The position numbers were made by a program, and so were the translations under genes. Below the pieces are notes generated by a model. That model was not told the DNA's origin, did not search any database, and saw nothing but the letters and a program-made list of their open reading frames with translations. This document shows positions 25,771-32,000 of a DNA stretch of 32,000 nucleotides, piece by piece (the first letter of the stretch is position 1; each line of letters starts with the position of its first letter). The DNA lies in NCBI RefSeq assembly GCF_000017845.1, contig NC_010546.1, positions 2,040,001 to 2,072,000 of the forward strand. Direction: 5' to 3'. This DNA comes from Crocosphaera subtropica ATCC 51142 (lineage in GTDB: Bacteria > Cyanobacteriota > Cyanobacteriia > Cyanobacteriales > Microcystaceae).

Positions 25771-26478
25771 TTATAATTCTAAGCCACTATCTTCAAAAAG
25801 TTTCACTAATTTTTCTTCCATTAATTGTTCTTCCCTGATCATAACTAAACACTTCTTAGCAAACCAATCATCATTTTTTATTTTATCCCTTAAAAACTCT
25901 TTAACATCGTCCTCGGTAAGTTCTTTATCTGAATAGAGTTTTTGAATTTCTTCTAAGGAACGATAAAGAATTGTATTTTTGCCAAAAATCTCATCTTCGT
26001 AGATGATTTCTTTACTCATCCATTCCCAGTCAACCCTTTGTATCCAAAGTTTTTCCCCTGAGAAAATAGAGTTAATGTTAAGGGTTAAATCATCGGTTAC
26101 CCACCAATAGGTTTGAGGATCATCGTACATTGCACCTGTAACGCTGTTAGGTAAGGTAACATGATTTCCTGAAAAGTTACGAAGATTAACGTTAGCATTT
26201 TCTGTGGTTCGATAGGCAATTTTTAAGCGTAAATAAAGTCCTTCTTTTTCATATTTATCTTTGCGAGGAAGCAAATTAAAAAAACTAATAGCTGCCCCTG
26301 CGTCGTAAATTTCAATTAATCCTTGTTCTTTATCTAAATACCAGTTTGAACCATAAATAGCTGCATCCACTGCTGCTGCACTTCCTCTTTGTCCCAAAAT
26401 ATCCTTTTCTGTGGCAAAATAAGGGCGAGGCATCACCGTCTTTTTCACTTTGGGAAAAAATTCGCGTTTCGGTTCCAT
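25771..26478 (-). CDS. Hypothetical protein with no recognisable family
   Basis: 235-aa ORF with plausible coding character. The first ~165 aa look beta-rich (YWWVTDDLTLNINSIF, WIQRVDWEW) and the C-terminal tail is acidic and helical. I recognise no motifs. Confidence 0.55.
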   Translation of the reverse strand: MEPKREFFPKVKKTVMPRPYFATEKDILGQRGSAAAVDAAIYGSNWYLDKEQGLIEIYDAGAAISFFNLLPRKDKYEKEGLYLRLKIAYRTTENANVNLRNFSGNHVTLPNSVTGAMYDDPQTYWWVTDDLTLNINSIFSGEKLWIQRVDWEWMSKEIIYEDEIFGKNTILYRSLEEIQKLYSDKELTEDDVKEFLRDKIKNDDWFAKKCLVMIREEQLMEEKLVKLFEDSGLEL

Positions 26479-26680
26479 AATTTATCCTTGAAATCCCTAA
26501 TTTAATCACAAGTTTTCCTTGTGCAATTTTTTATTATATCATTTCGGGGTTAACTGCTTAGATAAGAATTGTAATGTAAACTAAGGAATTATATTAAAAT
26601 GATTAAACTTAAATAATTACTAAAAATAAGCCTATCTCTTAAGGGATTAAGCGATCGCTTTTTTACTCTCTGTATAAACA

Positions 26681-27016
26681 CTATTCTTCTTCTTGTGAAA
26701 TTTCTGATAATAAATCTTTCATAACTTCGTAGATATCATTTTTATCTCCTTGTTTACGTCTTCCCATAGCAACAACTATAACTATTATTTTTTGGTTTTC
26801 AATTTGATAAACAATTCTGTATCGTTGTCCAACTGCACGAATACTACGATATCCTTTAAGTTCTTTAGTTAATTCTTTACCTTGTTTTTCAGGTTCAATT
26901 TTTAGCTTTTCTAAACGTTTTAAAATTAAATCTTGTTCTCTACGATCTCTAATTTATTTTAACAGCTTTTTTGCTTGTTTAGTTAATAATATTCGATACT
27001 CTAAATTATTGCTCAT
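26681..27016 (-). pseudogene. RelE/ParE-family toxin with a premature in-frame stop
   Basis: The reverse strand from ATG 27016 reads MSNNLEYRILLTKQAKKLLK*IRDRREQDLILKRLEKLKIEPEKQGKELTKELKGYRSIRAVGQRYRIVYQIENQKIIVIVVAMGRRKQGDKNDIY... The TAA at codon 21 (26954-26956) is the only lesion. The gene starts immediately after the antitoxin stop. Confidence 0.75.
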
Positions 27017-27280
27017 TTATAATCCCAATTCATCTTTAAGTTCTTCTAAACTAATGGTTTCACCTTGATTCAGTTCTTTTATTCCTATTTTTAATTGTTG
27101 ACAAAATTCTTGATCTGATAAAATTTTAATTGTTTCTAACAAAGAATCTAATTGTGATGGACTCATTGCAATGATTACCGGTTTATCTTTATCAGTAATA
27201 ATCATAGGTTCGTCAATAATCTCATCAGGTAATTGAGATAATTCTTTTTGTGCTTGGTTAAGGGTTATGTATTTAGCCAT
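27017..27280 (-). CDS. Phd/YefM-family type II antitoxin
   Basis: 87 aa (MAKYITLNQAQKELSQLPDEIIDEPMIITDKDKPVIIAMSPSQLDSLLETIKIL...), directly upstream of and abutting the RelE/ParE-like reading frame. Confidence 0.85.
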   Translation of the reverse strand: MAKYITLNQAQKELSQLPDEIIDEPMIITDKDKPVIIAMSPSQLDSLLETIKILSDQEFCQQLKIGIKELNQGETISLEELKDELGL

Positions 27281-27452
27281 AGTAAAAACAATGTTACTTT
27301 AACCTTAGTTTAGCATTTGATTATAAAAATTACGCTCAATCAGGATCGCTTTTTCAATATTAGTTAATCTTTTGTCTAGATTTATTTTGTTTAATATAAT
27401 GTGTGCAAATTAGTATAAAGCAAAAAATCCCCCTTTTTTCAGAGGGATTTAA

Positions 27453-27533
27453 AAGGATAAAGATGATCGGAAAAGATTACAGGATATCCTAGAGGCAATT
27501 AATCAAATAAACAAGATTGAAAATATTTTATAA
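27453..27533 (+). pseudogene. Possible relic of a HepT/DUF86 toxin N-terminus
   Basis: A 26-codon open stretch (KDKDDRKRLQDILEAINQINKIENIL*) resembles the conserved N-terminal helix (..YLQDILEAI.KI..) of HepT proteins. There is no start codon and no remaining gene body. Confidence 0.25.
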
Positions 27534-27663
27534 TTATTTTTCTCTTCAACGGTACAAGTCCAAACCCCTTAAACCTAAATAAAGGATTAGAATGCAGCAA
27601 GAAACCGAAAGACAGACTATACAATAAGTTCGGTTTATTCTATCTAACTCTACAAATACGCTT

Positions 27664-30600
27664 ATGCCACGCCGCGACGACTTAAAGAAAATCTTAATTT
27701 TAGGTGCAGGTCCCATTGTTATTGGCCAAGCTTGCGAATTCGACTATTCTGGTACTCAAGCCTGCAAAGCACTACGAGAAGAAGGCTATGAGGTAGTCTT
27801 AGTCAACTCTAACCCTGCTTCTATTATGACCGATCCAGAAATGGCTAATCGCACCTATATCGAACCCCTCACCCCCGATATGGTAGAAAAGGTGATTGCT
27901 AAAGAACGTCCCAATGCGTTATTACCTACTATGGGAGGACAAACGGCCCTTAATGTTGCGGTGGCCTTGGCCAAAAATGGCGTATTGGATAAGTACAATG
28001 TAGAATTGATCGGGGCAAAGTTGCCGGCCATCGAAATGGCAGAAGATAGGGAACTATTTAAAGATGCAATGGCTAAAATAGGGGTTCCGGTTTGTCCTTC
28101 AGGTATTGCCAGTACCCTCAAAGAAGCGAAGGCCATTGGAGAAGAAATTGGCTCTTATCCTTTAATTATACGCCCCGCCTTCACTTTAGGAGGAACAGGG
28201 GGAGGGATCGCCTATAACCAAGAAGAATTTGAGGAAATGGCGCAATTTGGGATTGATGCGTCCCCAGTCTCTCAAATTTTAGTGGAAAAGTCTTTATTAG
28301 GATGGAAAGAATACGAATTAGAGGTAATGCGAGATTTAGCGGATAATGTTGTTATTATCTGTTCGATCGAAAACTTTGACCCGATGGGTGTGCATACCGG
28401 CGACTCCATAACTGTTGCACCGGCGCAAACCTTGACCGATAAAGAATATCAACGGTTAAGAGATTATTCCCAGGCTATTATAAGAGAGATTGGGGTAGAA
28501 ACCGGCGGCTCTAACATTCAATTTTCCGTGAACCCTACGAACGGAGAAGTGATCGTTATTGAAATGAACCCCCGTGTCTCTCGATCTTCTGCGTTAGCAT
28601 CGAAAGCAACCGGGTTCCCGATCGCTAAGTTTGCAGCTAAGTTAGCAGTGGGTTACACCCTCAATGAAATATCCAACGACATCACTAAGCAAACCCCTGC
28701 ATCCTTTGAACCCACTATTGACTATGTGGTGACGAAAATACCTCGGTTTGCCTTTGAAAAATTCCCCGGATCTCAAGCTATTTTAACCACTCAAATGAAG
28801 TCTGTGGGGGAAGCAATGGCTATTGGACGGACGTTTCAAGAATCTTTCCAAAAAGCCTTAAGATCCCTCGAAACCGGACGGTATGGGTTTGGATGTGATA
28901 AACAAGAAACCTTACCCTCTTTATCCCAAGTGCGATCGAGTTTACGGACTCCTAACCCCGATCGCGTTTATAGTATTTATCATGCCATGAAACTGGGTAT
29001 GACTCCTGAAGAAATCTATGAGTTAACGGCGATCGATATTTGGTTTTTAGATAAGTTAGCGGATCTCATCGACACAGAAAAAGTCCTTAAACAAACCAAG
29101 TTAAAGGATATTGATGCGTCTGATATGCGTGTCATTAAACAAAAAGGGTTCAGCGATCGCCAGATAGCATTTGCGACGAAAACCACAGAAGATGAGGTGA
29201 GAAACTATCGTAAGAGTTTAGGAATCATTCCTGTGTATAAAGTGGTGGATACTTGCGCAGCTGAGTTTGAAGCGTACACCCCTTATTACTATTCCACCTA
29301 CGAACCCGAAGAAACCGAAGTCACTGTCACCGATAAAAAGAAAGTGATGATCTTAGGAGGAGGGCCCAACCGCATCGGCCAAGGGATCGAATTTGACTAT
29401 TGTTGTTGTCATGCGTCGTTTTCTCTCAGTGAGGCCGGGTTTGAAACCATCATGGTTAACTCCAACCCGGAAACTGTTTCGACTGACTACGATACCAGCG
29501 ATCGCTTATACTTTGAACCCTTGACCAAAGAAGATGTCTTAAACATCATCGAAACGGAGAACCCTGTCGGAGTGATTATACAGTTTGGTGGACAAACCCC
29601 GTTGAAACTTGCCGTCCCATTGCAGACATACCTCGACAGTCCCCAATGTCCCGTACAAACCAAAATATGGGGAACCTCCCCGGACTCTATTGACACCGCA
29701 GAGGACCGGGAACGGTTTGAGAAGATTTTACATAATCTCGATATTAAACAGCCACCAAATGGCATTTCTCGCAGCTATGAGGAGTCTTTAGCCGTGTCGT
29801 CTCGTATTGGTTATCCGGTGGTGGTTCGTCCCTCCTATGTACTGGGAGGACGCGCTATGGAGATCGTCTATTCTGATGAAGAGTTGGAACGCTACATGAC
29901 CTATGCGGTACAGGTGGAACCGGATCACCCTATTTTGATTGATAAGTTCTTAGAAAATGCGATCGAAGTGGATGTAGACGCATTATGTGACACTACCGGA
30001 AAAGTAGTTATTGGTGGCATTATGGAACATATTGAACAAGCAGGGGTACATTCTGGAGACTCTGCTTGTTCGGTTCCTTATACCACCCTTTCTAAAAGCG
30101 TTATTGAGACGATTCGGACTTGGACTGTTGCGTTAGCGAATAGTTTAAAAGTTGTCGGTTTAATGAACATTCAATACGCTGTTCAAGGGGAACAAGTTTA
30201 CATTTTAGAAGCGAACCCTCGCGCCTCTCGAACGGTTCCTTATGTGTCTAAAGCAACCGGTCGTCCGTTGGCTAAAATTGCCTCTTTAGTGATGTCAGGA
30301 AAAACCTTAGAAGAGTTAGGCATAACCGAGGAATTTGTCCCCCGTCATATTGCGGTTAAAGAAGCGGTTTTACCCTTCCAAAAATTCCCCGGTGCAGACA
30401 CTTTACTCGGGCCAGAAATGCGTTCTACCGGTGAAGTAATGGGGATAGATGAGGACTTTGGAAAGGCGTTTGCCAAGGCAGAAATTGCTGCCGGTGTTGA
30501 TTTAGCCACCAGTGGAACGGTGTTTGTTTCCATGAGCGATCGGGACAAAGTTTTAACGGTTCCTGTGGTCAAAGATTTACTTGATTTAGGGTTTAAAGTG

Positions 30601-30909
30601 GTAGCCACTTCTGGAACACAAAAAGTTTTAGAAGAAAACGGAATTGAGGGAATAGAGGTGGTTTTGAAACTTCATGAAGGTCGTCCCCATGTGATAGATT
30701 GGATCAAAAATAAGCAGATTCAATTTATTATTAATACTCCCAGTGGAGAAGATTCTCAAATTGATGGTCGTAAGATTCGACGCACTGCATTAGACTATAA
30801 ATTGCCCATTATTACCACTATAGCAGGGGCAAAAGCAACCGTTGCAGCCATTCGTTCTTTACAGACTGAACCCTTAGAGGTTAAAGCGTTGCAAGACTAC
30901 ATTTCCTAA
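27664..30909 (+). CDS. carB: Carbamoyl-phosphate synthase large subunit
   Basis: 1081 aa with duplicated ATP-grasp halves ([24 protein letters not shown] and [24 protein letters not shown]; [19 protein letters not shown] and [19 protein letters not shown]), an oligomerisation domain and a C-terminal MGS-like allosteric domain. Confidence 0.97.
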   Translation: MPRRDDLKKILILGAGPIVIGQACEFDYSGTQACKALREEGYEVVLVNSNPASIMTDPEMANRTYIEPLTPDMVEKVIAKERPNALLPTMGGQTALNVAVALAKNGVLDKYNVELIGAKLPAIEMAEDRELFKDAMAKIGVPVCPSGIASTLKEAKAIGEEIGSYPLIIRPAFTLGGTGGGIAYNQEEFEEMAQFGIDASPVSQILVEKSLLGWKEYELEVMRDLADNVVIICSIENFDPMGVHTGDSITVAPAQTLTDKEYQRLRDYSQAIIREIGVETGGSNIQFSVNPTNGEVIVIEMNPRVSRSSALASKATGFPIAKFAAKLAVGYTLNEISNDITKQTPASFEPTIDYVVTKIPRFAFEKFPGSQAILTTQMKSVGEAMAIGRTFQESFQKALRSLETGRYGFGCDKQETLPSLSQVRSSLRTPNPDRVYSIYHAMKLGMTPEEIYELTAIDIWFLDKLADLIDTEKVLKQTKLKDIDASDMRVIKQKGFSDRQIAFATKTTEDEVRNYRKSLGIIPVYKVVDTCAAEFEAYTPYYYSTYEPEETEVTVTDKKKVMILGGGPNRIGQGIEFDYCCCHASFSLSEAGFETIMVNSNPETVSTDYDTSDRLYFEPLTKEDVLNIIETENPVGVIIQFGGQTPLKLAVPLQTYLDSPQCPVQTKIWGTSPDSIDTAEDRERFEKILHNLDIKQPPNGISRSYEESLAVSSRIGYPVVVRPSYVLGGRAMEIVYSDEELERYMTYAVQVEPDHPILIDKFLENAIEVDVDALCDTTGKVVIGGIMEHIEQAGVHSGDSACSVPYTTLSKSVIETIRTWTVALANSLKVVGLMNIQYAVQGEQVYILEANPRASRTVPYVSKATGRPLAKIASLVMSGKTLEELGITEEFVPRHIAVKEAVLPFQKFPGADTLLGPEMRSTGEVMGIDEDFGKAFAKAEIAAGVDLATSGTVFVSMSDRDKVLTVPVVKDLLDLGFKVVATSGTQKVLEENGIEGIEVVLKLHEGRPHVIDWIKNKQIQFIINTPSGEDSQIDGRKIRRTALDYKLPIITTIAGAKATVAAIRSLQTEPLEVKALQDYIS

Positions 30910-30919
30910 CATTTAGTCG

Positions 30920-30942
30920 GGTGGGCATTGCCCACCTTTTTT
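30920..30942 (+). terminator. Intrinsic terminator of carB
   Basis: GGTGGGCA (30920-30927) pairs with TGCCCACC (30929-30936), followed by T6 (30937-30942). The hairpin begins 11 nt after the carB stop. Confidence 0.8.
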
Positions 30943-30961
30943 CTGTAAAACTATTAAACTG

Positions 30962-30978
30962 AACTGACATCTTGCACC
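30962..30978. repeat. Solo copy of the MITE terminal repeat
   Basis: AACTGACATCTTGCACC matches 2356-2372 (AACTGACATCTTACACC) at 16/17 positions. I found no matching inverted partner before the next gene at 31023. Confidence 0.4.
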
Positions 30979-31022
30979 AGTACAAAAAAACTCAGCAACA
31001 AAATATTGATGTAACTCCTGAT

Positions 31023-32000
31023 TCAAATTTGACCAATTTCGATAATTTGACTTAATAATTGTTCTTGGGTAGTGGCTGGTTCTAAACAAGATAAACCTTG
31101 ACAGACTAAACCGATCGCATTGTTCGGTAAATTATCATCTAAACGATAAGCCGTAGTAGGAAGATATCGAGTTATTAATGTAGGTAATACGGTTTCATTT
31201 GTTCTCACTAAACAGCCGAAATGATACCAATCTAAAGCCGTTAATAAACTAGGACAAGCGCGAGGAGATTCCCTTAAAACATAACTAAAAGCTTGTAATG
31301 CTTGTTCGGCTTTATCTAAATAGTCTAAATTATCCGTTAACCTAGCTAAGCGAACCAAATTACTAATCGCAATACCATTAGCTGAAGGGGTAGCATTATC
31401 AATATAGCTGCGTTCACGAACTAATAAATCATTGTTATTATCGTCCGCATTGTTATAGTAGCCTCCCGTGTCTACACTCCAGAAGTATTCATCAAATTCT
31501 TGTTGAATTTCCATTGCTTTATCTAACCATTGAGTGTCTTGAGGATTAGCTGCTTGTAAGTCTAATAAGGCTTTAATGAAAAAAGCATAGTCTTCTGATT
31601 GGGCTAAAATGGAGGGGTTTCCTTGGTAATTAATGCGCTGAAATCGTCCATTTACCCATTGTTTTTCTAAGATAAACTGAGTGGCATTACAAGCCAATTG
31701 CCAATATAAAGGCTGTTTAAATACGGCATACGCCCTAGCTAACCCAGAAATCATTAATCCATTCCAAGCCACAATCATTTTAGTATCTGTTACTGGAGGA
31801 ATGCGTCCCGGCCAATGAATGGTTTTTGCGTCTTGATTATTTTTAGCTGCTTGAAAGGTATCTAAATTGTTTCTAGATGTGCCATACCTTTCTTTAAATA
31901 ATTTATCTAAAATAGTTTCGATACTATCAGAAAGTTTCTCTTTATTACGGCGTTGTAAAACATTTTTTCCTTCAAAATTTCCTTCTGGTGTAATGGTAAA
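31023..32000 (-). CDS. Thioredoxin-domain (DUF255/YyaL-like) protein, C-terminal six-hairpin glycosidase-like part (partial; the N-terminus lies beyond the window end)
   Basis: The frame stays open upstream of the track's Met to base 32000 (FTITPEGNFEGKNVLQRRN...PPVTDTKMIVAWNGLMISGLARAY...), which is typical of YyaL-family proteins. The ORF-track entry 31023-31778 is only the part after an internal Met. Confidence 0.85.
   Translation of the reverse strand, partial: FTITPEGNFEGKNVLQRRNKEKLSDSIETILDKLFKERYGTSRNNLDTFQAAKNNQDAKTIHWPGRIPPVTDTKMIVAWNGLMISGLARAYAVFKQPLYWQLACNATQFILEKQWVNGRFQRINYQGNPSILAQSEDYAFFIKALLDLQAANPQDTQWLDKAMEIQQEFDEYFWSVDTGGYYNNADDNNNDLLVRERSYIDNATPSANGIAISNLVRLARLTDNLDYLDKAEQALQAFSYVLRESPRACPSLLTALDWYHFGCLVRTNETVLPTLITRYLPTTAYRLDDNLPNNAIGLVCQGLSCLEPATTQEQLLSQIIEIGQI

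Noticed and set aside
27855-30608. Four short ORFs (27855-28136, 29487-29765, 29609-29791, 30345-30608) inside carB
   Set aside because: They are alternative-frame or antisense readings within carB. The same reasoning applies to 2843-3052 (mgtE), 5469-5657 and 5699-5881 (tab2-like), 15180-15365 (DUF2330) and 17866-18051 (lptF/G).
1-32000. CRISPR arrays, rRNA and tRNA genes, integrases or transposases
   Set aside because: I found no regularly spaced direct repeats, no rRNA-like or cloverleaf-compatible segments and no recombinase-like ORFs on either strand. Absence is judged by eye only.

Overview
This looks like a cyanobacterial chromosome segment. The evidence is frequent HIP1 octamers (GCGATCGC) in core genes, a Tab2/DUF1092 gene, Uma2 genes and DUF6887/DUF6888-type micro-genes. 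A unicellular Cyanothece/Crocosphaera-like source is only a guess. Core genes read with good support: a HlyD-type adaptor (partial), an MBL-fold hydrolase, mgtE, a cupin, a Tab2-like protein, acs, a DUF2330 protein, Uma2, a GatD-like amidotransferase, an LptF/G - lptB - LptA/OstA cluster, a 1250-aa GAF/5xPAS/GGDEF/EAL sensor, a GT39-type glycosyltransferase, carB and a YyaL-like thioredoxin-domain protein (partial). The main point of interest is two AT-rich, HIP1-poor inserts on either side of acs. Each encodes an ABC-type ATPase combined with a DUF4435/Toprim-like nuclease module. At 6241-8460 this is a split two-gene cassette with PARIS/AriAB-like architecture. At 11180-12859 it is a single fused polypeptide. 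The fused gene sits directly downstream of a translationally coupled DUF6888-like/DUF6887-like pair and upstream of a DUF6883-like/DUF4926-like/67-aa trio, so a larger uncharacterised defence-type module is possible. The window also holds several eroded toxin or nuclease genes: a BrnT-like gene with a 10-bp tandem duplication, a RelE/ParE gene with one premature TAA, a split Uma2 gene and a HepT-like relic. Other features are a MITE-like element that fills the MBL/mgtE intergenic space, a GGTGGGCA/TGCCCACC palindrome family and an orphan 235-aa gene. I saw no rRNA, tRNA or CRISPR array. All family assignments come from reading motifs by eye. No searches were run.
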